Below, in pieces: positions 9,298-18,703 of a DNA stretch of 64,000 nucleotides. The position numbers and the translations under genes were made by a program. Below the pieces are notes generated by a model. The model was not told the DNA's origin, did not search any database, and was given only the letters and a program-made list of their open reading frames with translations. Origin of the DNA: an uncultured Planctomycetota bacterium (GTDB lineage Bacteria > Planctomycetota > PLA2 > JAEUHO01); contig CAVVXN010000005.1 in NCBI GenBank assembly GCA_963752285.1, forward strand, positions 1,664,001 through 1,728,000, written 5' to 3'. Within the stretch, counting starts at the first letter, position 1, and each line of letters begins with the position of its first letter.

Positions 9298-9819
9298 TCA
9301 GGTCCCGCCGACGCAGGGCTCGGGCGCGGCTCTCGGCGCGCCCGCCCCGGCGAAGAGGCCCTTCATCGACCCGCGCGACGCCGCGGGGCGCGGCGTGGCG
9401 ACGGCCTCGCGCGGCGGCATGACCGGCGCGGCGACGGCGGGCTGAACCCGCGCGGTGCGGCTGACCGGCACCACCGGCGTCGGCCCGGCCAGGTCGCGGC
9501 GTACCAGCGGGACCGCGCGATGCCCGCGCATCAGCTCCATCGAGGGCGGCGCCGGCGTCGGGGGCCGCGCGGTGGTCGTCGCGACCACGCGCGGCTCGAT
9601 CACGACCGGCCGCGCCACGGGTCCGGCATGCACCGGTCCGGAGATCACGGGGCTCGGGCTCACGGGCCTCGAGCTCACGGTGCGGCGGATCACGCGCGGC
9701 GGCGGCAGCGCGGCCCGGGAGGCCACGCTCGTCCGACGCTGCGACAGCCCGCCCGAGGCACAGCCGCCGAGGACCACGACGGCCCCCAGCGCGAACGCCA
9801 CGGTTCTCGGCATCCTCAT
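9286..9819 (-). CDS. Pro/Arg-rich lipoprotein, paralog 1; putative selenoprotein ending EPCVGGT-U-AAP (TGA 9298-9300 recoded, TAG stop 9286-9288)
   Basis: GGAGG SD; lipobox-like VLGG-C; TGA aligns with the Cys of both paralogs; ATG at 9813 is an alternative start. Confidence 0.7.
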
Positions 9820-10104
9820 CCTCCCCCTCCGGGGGTCCGGCCGGGGCGACGACCGTCGCCCCTCGGCGTCGGTCGAGCGGGCCTCCTGCCTCCCTCGGAA
9901 TCGGCTCGCACGGGCATGGAATCCACCGCGGGTCACCGGCAGTTCACGAGACGGGGGTCCCATTCGTCCCGGTTCGCTCCTCTGAACGCCCTCTTCACGA
10001 TCTCGAGGGCCAGGGTGTACGGCCTCGTCGGCCGCTCCTTCGACGCGCCGAGACAGCGCGGTCCTCCCTCGGGAGCCCCGGTTTTGGGCGTCCGTCCGCA
10101 CCGG

Positions 10105-10665
10105 TCAGGGGACCAGACACCGGCCGCCGGCACACGGGTCGGCCGCACAGGGGGAAGGCGCGGCCACCGGGGACGCCCGCGGCGACTCGAAGAGGCCGCG
10201 CAACTCCGAGAGCGAGCTCGTCCTCGCCGCGCCGAGCGACCTCGGGGCCCGGGGCGCGGGAGCGGCCCGAGCCGGAAGCGGCGAGGCGACGGAGAGCCGG
10301 AGCGGCGCGGGACGGCTGACGGGGACGACCGGCGTCGGGCTCGAGAGGGCCCGCCGCGCGATGGACGACGTGCCCGGTCTCGCGAGGATCTCCATCGACG
10401 CGGGCCGCGGCGGCCCCGGCGCGCGGACCACCGCCGGCTCGGGCGCTGCCAGGCGCCTTGTCTCGACGACGCGCGGCGCGACGAAGGCCGGCGTGACGGT
10501 CCGGGCCGCGGCGACGGAACGGACCGGGAGGCGATAGGACGCGCTCCGCACGACCGGAGGCGGGAGGGACGCGCGTGAACGCGGCACCCGGACGGGGGCG
10601 CCGGGGGCCGCGCAGGCACCCAGGAGCAAGAGCCCCCCCATCCCGAACGCCAGGATCTTCGACAT
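10105..10665 (-). CDS. Pro/Arg-rich lipoprotein, paralog 2, ending PCAADPCAGGRCLVP
   Basis: GGAGG SD; lipobox LLGA-C; shares RAxLPPP, SME, PTPVVPVSR and GLF blocks with paralog 1. Confidence 0.75.
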   Translation of the reverse strand: MSKILAFGMGGLLLLGACAAPGAPVRVPRSRASLPPPVVRSASYRLPVRSVAAARTVTPAFVAPRVVETRRLAAPEPAVVRAPGPPRPASMEILARPGTSSIARRALSSPTPVVPVSRPAPLRLSVASPLPARAAPAPRAPRSLGAARTSSLSELRGLFESPRASPVAAPSPCAADPCAGGRCLVP

Positions 10666-11323
10666 CGTCGTCCTCCCTGTCGCGACGAGGGACGAGGGGG
10701 TCACGCGCGCCGGCCGGCGCCGGCGGACCCTCTCGTCTTGCCTCCCGTGGACCCGGGACTCCACGCGCTCGCGGAGCCCGCATCGCGGAGGGATCGCTCG
10801 TTCGGGCCCGGACCAAGGACCACGAAGACCGTCTCACCGGCGTCGGGCGCGGCCCCTCGGGGGTGCCGCGTCGGCGCGCCCCCACGGGCGACCAACCGCC
10901 CGCCCGTACGGGCGACCGGTCGATGGGCGCGCGCGAGTCGCGCGCCCGCCGTACGACGACGCATCGGTGTTCGGATGGCCCTGCTTCCCAACGAGCCCGG
11001 GAGGACGAGCACGCCTCGCCCACCACGAATCCCTACCCTGTCGGGCGACCACTCTAGCGGGTCCCTGGGCGCCCCCCAAGAGAGGATTCCTCGCCGCGCG
11101 TTCGGGCCCCCGTCGGACGTGCAGGGCGCGCCGATGGCTCTCCAGGCCCTGAAAACAGGGCGGGAAGGCGCCGGACCGAGCGGGCAAGGGAAAGGGGCCG
11201 CGGGATCTAAGTCCCATGGCGCCCACAGACCCGGGGCTCTCTACGGGGCCCGGAACGGGCCACGACGGGCGTACGAGCTGCCGGCCGGGCGGGGGCGAGC
11301 GGGGCTCGGGTCGAAACGGGCCC

Positions 11324-11698
11324 TCAGGGGACCCGGCAACGGCCGCCGGCGCAGGGGTCGCAGCCGTCGTCGGCCGTCTTCGGGCACGGGCGGAACAGGG
11401 TCCCGAGGCTCCCCGAGTGGACGGTCGCCGAGCGGCGGGCGGCCTGGGCCTCGGACGCGTCGGCCCCCGCACGCACGGCACGACGCGACACGAGCGTCGC
11501 GGCGGACGCCGGCTGCGCCTTCGACGCCGCGGTCGCCGCCACGTGCACGACGGCCGTGGTCGTGGTCGGCCGGGCGTCGCTCACGCGCGGCGCCTCGGGG
11601 CTGGTCACACCGGCGAGCACGCGCTCCCTCGCCAGCGGTCGCGACGCACACGCGGCGAAGAGAAGCGCGACGAGGGGAAGGAACATCGAGGTCTTCAT
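11324..11698 (-). CDS. Ala/Arg-rich lipoprotein, paralog 3, ending CPKTADDGCDPCAGGRCRVP
   Basis: GGAGG SD; lipobox LFAA-C; same C-terminal motif and xxLF block as its neighbours. Confidence 0.75.
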   Translation of the reverse strand: MKTSMFLPLVALLFAACASRPLARERVLAGVTSPEAPRVSDARPTTTTAVVHVAATAASKAQPASAATLVSRRAVRAGADASEAQAARRSATVHSGSLGTLFRPCPKTADDGCDPCAGGRCRVP

Positions 11699-11926
11699 CG
11701 TCTCCTCCGGTCCCGGGGGGCCTCCACCCGGGGCGAGCGCGGGCATGCGCACCCGCTCTTCCGTATTCATGGCCCGCGAAAGCGCGTGTGGCATGGCTTT
11801 CGTGGGCGTCCTGAATGCAGAGGGAACGTGTAAGGAGAAACCTCTTCACGCGCCCCGAGCGCGGTCTTCATGGACCCTGGTACCGTCTCCGCGGACCCGG
11901 CGGTCGGGACCAGCGCGAGGAACGAG

Positions 11927-13393
11927 ATGCCCCGTAGGAACAGGCCGGGACCGGGTGGCGATGCCGCGGCGTCGCGCGCGTCGCGCCCCGTGGCCGGAGC
12001 GGCGCTGCTGGGGCTCCTCGCCGCGTTCCTCGGCGCGTCGGGGCTCGAGGCGGGCGAGTCGGACGGCGTCCGGTGGGAGCCGGACCTCGAGGCGGGGCTG
12101 CTCCGCGCCGCGAAGGAGGGCCGCCCCGTCCTCCTCGCCGTGAACGCGATCGAGACGGAGGCCGCCAACCAGCGTCTGGCGGGCGAGATCTACCCGTCGG
12201 CGGCGTGGGGCGACGCCACGCGCGACTGGGTCGCGTTCGTCGGGAACCCGAACGCGCACGGCGGCGCGGCGTGCTCGCGATACGGCGGCATCCCGTGCGC
12301 GACGCACCAGGCGGTGCTCCGCTACGTCGTGCGGCGCTTCGCGCCCGGCGGCGACCTGATCAGCCCGCAGCACCTCGTCCTCGACCCCGACGGGCGCCTC
12401 GCGTTCCGCAAGGAGTACTTCACGGGCGTGGTGGGCCCGGACTTCTTCGACCGGTGGCTCGCACGGCTCTGCCCCACCATCACGCTCGACCGGGCGGCGC
12501 GCCGGCGCCCCGACACGATCGACGCCCTCGGCGCCGCGCCCGTGGAGAAGGTGACGGACACGGCGCGGGCGTGGCTACGGAGCGGCGACCCTCTCGCGCC
12601 CGCCGGCGTGCTCGACGCGATGGACTACGCCATGGAGGAGCCGCGACGGGTCGCGCTCGCCCTGTCGTTCGACGCGACGCCGAAGGAGCTCCTCGCCGTG
12701 CCGTGGACGGCGGCGTACGACGCCGCCGTCGCGCCCGACGACGCGCCCGAACGGACGCTCGCGTTCGTGACCGCGTTCCTGCTCGCCGATCCGGGCACGG
12801 GCGCCGACCTCGCGGCGCGCGCCGCCGTGCTCACCCGGGACGCCTCCCTGTCGAGCCGGGTCCTCGCCGCGTGGGTCGGCGGGCCGGTACCGGCCTCCGG
12901 CGTCGTGCCGGGCCTGGACGACCGGGCGGCGGCCCGCCTCGCGGAAGTCCTGGCGCTCCTCGGTCGGCCGGACGGCGGGCGGGCGCCGGAGAGGCTCCCG
13001 CCGCCTCTCGCCGCGCGCCTCCAGCGCGCCCGGGAGAAGGCGGGGCGCGCCGCGACGCCCGCGCCGCCGCTCGCGCAGGTCCTCGCCGCGGACCCCGCGC
13101 CGGGCGCGCTCCGCCGGGCGGTCCTCGCCGCCGCGCCGGACGCGGTCCTCGCGTCCGAGGCCGAGGTCCGCGCGCTCCTCGACCGTCCGGAGGAGCGCGT
13201 GCGCGTGGCCGCCGCGCTCGCGCTCCTCTCGACACGGCGCCGGCTCGACGCCGCGGCCGAGGCCGTGCTCCTCGCCGCGGTCTTCGACCCCGTCGAGGGG
13301 CCCGACACGCGCGAGCTCGCCGCGCTGCGTCTCGGGACCGACCCGGGCCGCGACGAGGAGACATGGCGACGCGCGTTCGAGGCCCGCAGGTGA
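11927..13393 (+). CDS. Exported protein with N-terminal thioredoxin-like domain (no CXXC) and helical-repeat C-terminus
   Basis: Signal-like hydrophobic stretch; VRWEPDLEAGLLRAAKEGRPVLL and PQHLVLDPDG typical of thioredoxin-fold N-terminus and cis-Pro strand; HEAT-like LLDRPEERVRVAAALAL. Confidence 0.65.
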   Translation: MPRRNRPGPGGDAAASRASRPVAGAALLGLLAAFLGASGLEAGESDGVRWEPDLEAGLLRAAKEGRPVLLAVNAIETEAANQRLAGEIYPSAAWGDATRDWVAFVGNPNAHGGAACSRYGGIPCATHQAVLRYVVRRFAPGGDLISPQHLVLDPDGRLAFRKEYFTGVVGPDFFDRWLARLCPTITLDRAARRRPDTIDALGAAPVEKVTDTARAWLRSGDPLAPAGVLDAMDYAMEEPRRVALALSFDATPKELLAVPWTAAYDAAVAPDDAPERTLAFVTAFLLADPGTGADLAARAAVLTRDASLSSRVLAAWVGGPVPASGVVPGLDDRAAARLAEVLALLGRPDGGRAPERLPPPLAARLQRAREKAGRAATPAPPLAQVLAADPAPGALRRAVLAAAPDAVLASEAEVRALLDRPEERVRVAAALALLSTRRRLDAAAEAVLLAAVFDPVEGPDTRELAALRLGTDPGRDEETWRRAFEARR

Positions 13394-13398
13394 GCCCG

Positions 13399-14424
13399 AT
13401 GCGCCGCGGCCTCCTCCTCCTCGCCCCGCTCGTGCTCGCCGGGAGCCTCTACGGACGGATCTCGGGCGTCGCGCGCGGCAGCGACGAGCCCACGCTCGAG
13501 CACCTCCTCGGCGCGCTGCTCCGCGCGGACGACGACACGAAGGTCGAGGCCGCGCTCGACGCGATCGCGGCGCGCGTCGGAGCGCCGCAGGGCTTCCGCG
13601 ACCAGGGCGCGCTCGCGGACTGGCTCGGTCGGATCGCCCCCTCCGCGGCGAAGCAACCCCGGGTGCTCCTCCGGCGCGGGTACGCGTACGTCGCCGTCGG
13701 GCGCGGCCAGGACGCGATCGAACCCCTCACGGAGGCCGCCGCGACCGAACGGACGCGAACCGCGGCCACCGCGTACCTCGGCGAGGCCTACCGGCAGTCG
13801 GGGGACCCGGCGCGCGCGCTCGAGGTCCTGGCCGAGGCGGCCCGCCTCGGCTACGAGCCCTCACGCTTCCTCGACGAGGCCGCGCTGAAGGCCGCGTTCT
13901 CGATCCGACAGAACGAGGTGCGCCAGGCCGCGAAGGACCTGCCGCGGTACGCGGCGGCCTCCGCGGTCTATCTCGCGTCGCGCCCGTCGCCCGCGGTCGA
14001 GGCCGCCGTCGCCCGCTGGCTGCTCGACGACGCGGACGCGTACGCCCCGGTGGGCTCCGAGCGTGAGGCGAGGTGGTCCGCCTTCGCCGCGAAGGAGGCG
14101 GTGGCCGCCGTGCGCGCGGACCCGACGATCGCGGGCGGGCCCCGCCTCTGCTACGACGCCGCCCTCGGCCTCGCCGCCGAGGACGCACGGACGGGTGGTC
14201 GGACGCTCTACTTCGACTGCCTCGCCTGCGCCTACCGGCTGGGCCGGGGCCCGGACCGCGATACGCACGAGATCCCCCAGGCGATCGCGCTCCTGGCCGA
14301 GGCGGCGCTCCGCGAGGGCCGCTACAGGCTGGCGCTCCGGCTCGCGCGCGAGCGCCTCGCGGTCTCGGACAGCCCCCTGGCGCGGGAAGTCCTCCGGGAC
14401 CTGCCGCCCGACGTCGCGGACTGA
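13399..14424 (+). CDS. Exported TPR-like helical repeat protein
   Basis: Signal peptide MRRGLLLLAPLVLAG; TPR-like RGYAYVAVGRGQDAIEPL and YLGEAYRQSGDPARALEVL; follows the previous gene directly. Confidence 0.7.
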   Translation: MRRGLLLLAPLVLAGSLYGRISGVARGSDEPTLEHLLGALLRADDDTKVEAALDAIAARVGAPQGFRDQGALADWLGRIAPSAAKQPRVLLRRGYAYVAVGRGQDAIEPLTEAAATERTRTAATAYLGEAYRQSGDPARALEVLAEAARLGYEPSRFLDEAALKAAFSIRQNEVRQAAKDLPRYAAASAVYLASRPSPAVEAAVARWLLDDADAYAPVGSEREARWSAFAAKEAVAAVRADPTIAGGPRLCYDAALGLAAEDARTGGRTLYFDCLACAYRLGRGPDRDTHEIPQAIALLAEAALREGRYRLALRLARERLAVSDSPLAREVLRDLPPDVAD

Positions 14425-14437
14425 CCGCGGGGGCGGC

Positions 14438-16756
14438 TCAGGACGGGACGCGCGCCGGGGCCCCCGCCTTCGGGGTCGCCTCGCGGGCGGCGCCCGCGCG
14501 CCCCCGCTCGCGCTGCGCGAGGGCCACGCAGGCGAGGTTCACGAGCGTATCCACGCTGGCGGACTGGTACGAGACCACCACGGGCTTTCGCATCCCGAGC
14601 AGGATCGGGCCCACGACCTCGCCGCCGGCGAGGTACTCGGCGAACTTGTACGAGATGTTCGCGGACGAGAGGTCCGGGCAGACGAGGACGTTCGCGTCGC
14701 CCTTGATGACGCTGTGCGGGAACAGGCGCTCCGCGACGTCGGGCGAGAGCGCGACGTCCACGTGCATCTCGCCGTCGATCACGAGGTCCGGACGCTCCTT
14801 TCGGACGATCCGGACCGCCTCCTCCGCCTTCGCCGCGTCGGGGTGCGGCACGCTGCCGAACGTGCTGAACGACAGGACCGCCACCCGGGGGTCGATGTCG
14901 AACGAGCGCGCCGTGTCGGCGGCGGTGATGGCGATGTCCGCGATCTCGCGCGCGGTCGGCTGGATGTTGATGGACGTGTCCGCCACGAGGATCGTGCGGC
15001 TCTTGAGCGCGATGAGGTGGAGGGCGGAGGCCTTGCAGCCGCCGGTCCCGATGATCTGCAGCGCGTCCCGGACCGCGTCGGGGTACGGCGTGTTCACGCC
15101 CGTCACCACGCAGTCCACGTCGTCCTGGTCGAGCAGCAGGAACGCGAAACGGCGCGGCCGCAGGACCTCGGTCTCCGCGATGCGGGCGTTCATGCCGCGC
15201 CGGCTGCGCAGCTCGTAGAGGCGGCGCGCGAAGGTGTCGCGGCGCTCGTCGAGCCTCGGGTCCACGATCTCCATGCCGGCGAGGTCGAGACCGTGCTTCT
15301 CGGCGGTGGCCTGGATCCGGAGCGTGTCGCCGACGAGGACGGGGGTGGCGATGCCCTCCTCCTTCAGGTGCAGGGCGGCACGCTGCGCGCGGACCGCCTC
15401 GCCCTCGGCGAACGCCACCCGCGCCCGGGCGCGGCGTGCGCGCTCGGTCACGCCGCCCATGATCTGCCGCGAGCCTCCGAGGTACTGGGCCAGCGAGCGC
15501 CGGTACGCGTCCGCGTCGAACGACGTGACGCGCGCGGCGCCCTCCGCGACCGCCGCGCCGGCGACGGCCGGCGAGACCCAGAGCAGGACGCGGTGGTCGA
15601 ACGGCTTCGGAATCAGGTACCGGGGGCCGAAGCGAAGGTCCTCGCCGCCATAGGCCTCCATCACGCTCTCCGGGACCTCCTCGCGCGCGAGCGCCGCGAG
15701 GGCCCGGGCGGCCGCGAGCTTCATGCCCTCGGTGATGGCGCGCGCGCCGACGTCGAGGGCGCCCCGGAAGATGAAGGGGAAGCCGAGGACGTTGTTGACC
15801 TGGTTCGGGTAGTCCGACCGGCCGGTGGCCATGATCACGTCGTCGCGCGCGGACACGGCGTCGGGATAGGTGATCTCGGGGTCCGGGTTCGCCATCGCGA
15901 AGACGATCGGACGCTCGGCCATCGAACGGACCATGTCCTTCGTGACGAGATCCGGGCCCGACAGGCCGAGGAACAGGTCCGCGCCGCGGATCGCTTCCGC
16001 GAGCGTGCGGTGCGGCGTATCGGCCGCAATCCGCTCCTTCTCGACGTTCATCCCCTCGCGGCGGCCCCTGTAGACCACGCCGCGGCTGTCGCAGAAGATC
16101 ACCTTCGCGCGGTCCGCGCCGAGGGCGACGAACATGTCGATGCACGCGATGCCGGACGCGCCCGCACCCGAGCAGACGATCTTCAGGTCCTCGAGCCGCT
16201 TGCCCGCCACCTCCACCGCGTTCAGGAGCGCCGCGCTCGAGATGATCGCGGTCCCGTGCTGGTCGTCGTGGAAGACGGGGATGTCGAGCTCGGCCCGGAG
16301 CCGGCGCTCCACGTGGAAGCACTCGGGCGCCTTGATGTCCTCGAGGTTGATGCCCCCGAAGGTCGGCGCGAGGCGCCGGATCGTGTCCACCAGGAGGTCG
16401 GGGTCCTTCTCGTCGATCTCGATGTCGAAGACGTCGATGCCGGCGAACTTCTTGAAGAGGACGCTCTTTCCCTCCATCACGGGCTTCCCTGCGAGCGGGC
16501 CGATGTTGCCGAGGCCGAGGACCGCCGTGCCGTTCGTGATGACGGCGACCAGGTTCCCGCGGTTCGTGTAGCGGTACGCGAGGTCGGGGTCCTTCTCGAT
16601 CGCCAGGCAGGGCACCGCGACGCCGGGGGTGTAGGCGAGCGAGAGGTGGTGCTGGGTCGAGAGGCTCTTGCTCGGGACGACCTCGATCTTCCCCGGCCGG
16701 GGAAACTCGTGATACTCGAGGACCTCGCGTTCGAAGGCGGGACGTTGCTCGGCCAT
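14438..16756 (-). CDS. maeB: NADP-dependent malic enzyme with C-terminal phosphotransacetylase-like domain
   Basis: [51 protein letters not shown]-like domain with IDGEMHVD. Confidence 0.96.
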   Translation of the reverse strand: MAEQRPAFEREVLEYHEFPRPGKIEVVPSKSLSTQHHLSLAYTPGVAVPCLAIEKDPDLAYRYTNRGNLVAVITNGTAVLGLGNIGPLAGKPVMEGKSVLFKKFAGIDVFDIEIDEKDPDLLVDTIRRLAPTFGGINLEDIKAPECFHVERRLRAELDIPVFHDDQHGTAIISSAALLNAVEVAGKRLEDLKIVCSGAGASGIACIDMFVALGADRAKVIFCDSRGVVYRGRREGMNVEKERIAADTPHRTLAEAIRGADLFLGLSGPDLVTKDMVRSMAERPIVFAMANPDPEITYPDAVSARDDVIMATGRSDYPNQVNNVLGFPFIFRGALDVGARAITEGMKLAAARALAALAREEVPESVMEAYGGEDLRFGPRYLIPKPFDHRVLLWVSPAVAGAAVAEGAARVTSFDADAYRRSLAQYLGGSRQIMGGVTERARRARARVAFAEGEAVRAQRAALHLKEEGIATPVLVGDTLRIQATAEKHGLDLAGMEIVDPRLDERRDTFARRLYELRSRRGMNARIAETEVLRPRRFAFLLLDQDDVDCVVTGVNTPYPDAVRDALQIIGTGGCKASALHLIALKSRTILVADTSINIQPTAREIADIAITAADTARSFDIDPRVAVLSFSTFGSVPHPDAAKAEEAVRIVRKERPDLVIDGEMHVDVALSPDVAERLFPHSVIKGDANVLVCPDLSSANISYKFAEYLAGGEVVGPILLGMRKPVVVSYQSASVDTLVNLACVALAQRERGRAGAAREATPKAGAPARVPS

Positions 16757-16837
16757 GGTGGCGGCTCCCGAAGGGCTCGTGCGTACGCTACCCAGAGGCG
16801 GGAGGACCGCCCCCCCTCTCCCCACCGAGCGTCCGGG

Positions 16838-18703
16838 TCAGTGCCCTGGATCGACCGGGTCCAGGTCCGCTTCGACGTCGATCTCGTCGCTCCCGCGGCG
16901 GACCCTGAGCTTCAGGTGCTCTCCCTCCCAACGCCCGGTCAGCAGCTCCGCACCCGAGCGGGCGTCGGTGATCGGCCTTCCGTCCACGCCGACGATCACG
17001 TCCTGTGCACGAAGGCCCGCGTGCTCCGCCGCCGAGCCCGGCGTGACCTCGTCGATGGCGGGCGGCCCGTCGCCGGCCGCGAGGCGGATGCCGAGGCGCC
17101 CGCGCCGGAGCGAACGTCCCGCCTCGAGGCGCGGGAGGGCCGCCACGACGCTCGGCCAGGGAACGACGAAGCCGATCCCGGAGTTGCGCCCCTGTCGAAG
17201 CGGCATCCAGAGCTGGAGTACGCCGAGGACACGGCCCCGCACGTCCACGAGCGCGCCGCCGACGTTCGCGTCGGTCACCCCGGCGTCCGTCTGCCACTGG
17301 CCCCGCCACGCGCTCGGCACGTCGTCCGCGTGGACCTTCGAGAGGACGCCGAACGTGAGCAGCGGGTCGGGGAGACGGTCTTTTCCGAACGGATTTCCGA
17401 GCGCGAGCACGAAACGGCCGGGCTGGAAGGCGTCGGCGGGCGCGACGTCGGGGACGGAGAGACCGGGCGCGGTCCGCCCGCCGTCGTCCTTCCCGGCGAG
17501 GTCGGCCTGGAGGAGCGCGATCCCGAGGCGTCCGTCGTGCGCGACGAGCTTCGCTGGCACGTCGAGGCCCCCGCCGAGGTGCGCCGTCACCTTCGTGACG
17601 GCCCGCAGCCCCGACTCGACCTGCATCTCGGGCGGGAGCTCGGCGCCGGGCAGCACGAGTTCCGTCACGTTCGTCAGGTTGTAGAGGCTCGTGACGATGA
17701 ACCCGTCGCCGCTCACGAGCACGCCGCTCACGGGACCCTGCCAGCGGGCCGTGTCGGCGAGGCTCCGGTCGCCGGGGCTCTTCGTCGAGAGCGGCGTCGC
17801 GCGCGTGACCTCGAGGCTCACGACCCACGGATAGGCCTTCGCGGCCGCGCTCCGGAGCACGCGCTCGAGCTTGGCCGCGCCCGTCGCGCGCGCGGGCGTA
17901 GCCGCGACGGCCGTGAACGCGATCTTCGTCTCGGGCAGGTCCGAGTAGATCGCGCGGATGCGGTCGATGGGCAGGACCTTGCCCAGGAACTGGTACGGCT
18001 CGGTGGGCGTCGGCAGCATCCACGTGGAGACCGTCCCCACGAGTCGGCCCTCCACGTCCACCACCGGGCCGCCGTTGACGCCCGGGTTCACGGCCGCGCT
18101 CGTGTACACGTACTCGAGGCGGCCGCCGCCGTCGCCCGGCGGGAGGTACGTCAGGGCCGAGACGATGCCCGCGGTCAGCGCGGGCGGGGTCTCCTCGGAC
18201 AGACCGAACGCGTTCCCCGTAACGAAGAGGAAGTCGCCGACCTTCAGGTGGTCGCTCCCCGCCGGCGGCAGCGCGAACGGGAACCCCCCGGGCGGCGGCT
18301 GGGTGACACGGAGGAGGCAGGTGTCCGAGCCCCGCTCGCGCCGCACGACGACCGCGGGGTACGAGCTGAACCCGCCCTTCTCCAGATCGGGCACGCGGAT
18401 CTCGACGTCCTCCGACAGGTGGTCGAGCCCGCGGCCCTTGGGCCCGAGCACCGCGCCGACGTCGCCGTCGGAGAGCACGAGCCCGGAACGGGAGACGATC
18501 ACCCCCGACGACGAGGAGGCGCGTTCACTCTCGACCCCGCGCGGGACGCAGATCACCGTGGCGGGCGTGACCTTCCCGATGGCTTCGCGGAACTCGCGCT
18601 CGACGTCGTCGAGGCTCCCCTTCGCGAAACCCCTCGCGGGAGCGAGGAGCACCACCGCGAGCACGGGCGTCCAGCGGAGGAGGGAGAGCCGGGGGCGGGT
18701 CAT
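16838..18703 (-). CDS. Exported double trypsin-like (S1C) pseudoprotease + PDZ (copy 2)
   Basis: Two S1C folds without the catalytic triad (LSDGD and NPGVNGG; TSLYN and TDANVGG); C-terminal PDZ (GRLGIRL...GSAAEHAGL); ATGA overlap with the upstream protease gene. Confidence 0.85.
   Translation of the reverse strand: MTRPRLSLLRWTPVLAVVLLAPARGFAKGSLDDVEREFREAIGKVTPATVICVPRGVESERASSSSGVIVSRSGLVLSDGDVGAVLGPKGRGLDHLSEDVEIRVPDLEKGGFSSYPAVVVRRERGSDTCLLRVTQPPPGGFPFALPPAGSDHLKVGDFLFVTGNAFGLSEETPPALTAGIVSALTYLPPGDGGGRLEYVYTSAAVNPGVNGGPVVDVEGRLVGTVSTWMLPTPTEPYQFLGKVLPIDRIRAIYSDLPETKIAFTAVAATPARATGAAKLERVLRSAAAKAYPWVVSLEVTRATPLSTKSPGDRSLADTARWQGPVSGVLVSGDGFIVTSLYNLTNVTELVLPGAELPPEMQVESGLRAVTKVTAHLGGGLDVPAKLVAHDGRLGIALLQADLAGKDDGGRTAPGLSVPDVAPADAFQPGRFVLALGNPFGKDRLPDPLLTFGVLSKVHADDVPSAWRGQWQTDAGVTDANVGGALVDVRGRVLGVLQLWMPLRQGRNSGIGFVVPWPSVVAALPRLEAGRSLRRGRLGIRLAAGDGPPAIDEVTPGSAAEHAGLRAQDVIVGVDGRPITDARSGAELLTGRWEGEHLKLRVRRGSDEIDVEADLDPVDPGH

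Noticed and set aside
10105..11326. Sec readthrough of the terminal TGA codons of paralogs 2 and 3
   Set aside because: These TGAs align with the TAG stop of paralog 1, after the conserved terminal Pro, and I see no comparable SECIS-like stem; they are true stops.
6908..11698. RiPP biosynthetic cluster built on the Cys-tailed small proteins
   Set aside because: No radical SAM, YcaO, LanM, DUF692 or peptidase-transporter gene nearby; lipoboxes point to anchored lipoproteins. Modification in trans is not excluded.
11789..11803. Sigma54-like promoter TGGCATGGCTTTCGT
   Set aside because: The -24 TGGCA is present, but the -12 position reads GT rather than GC.
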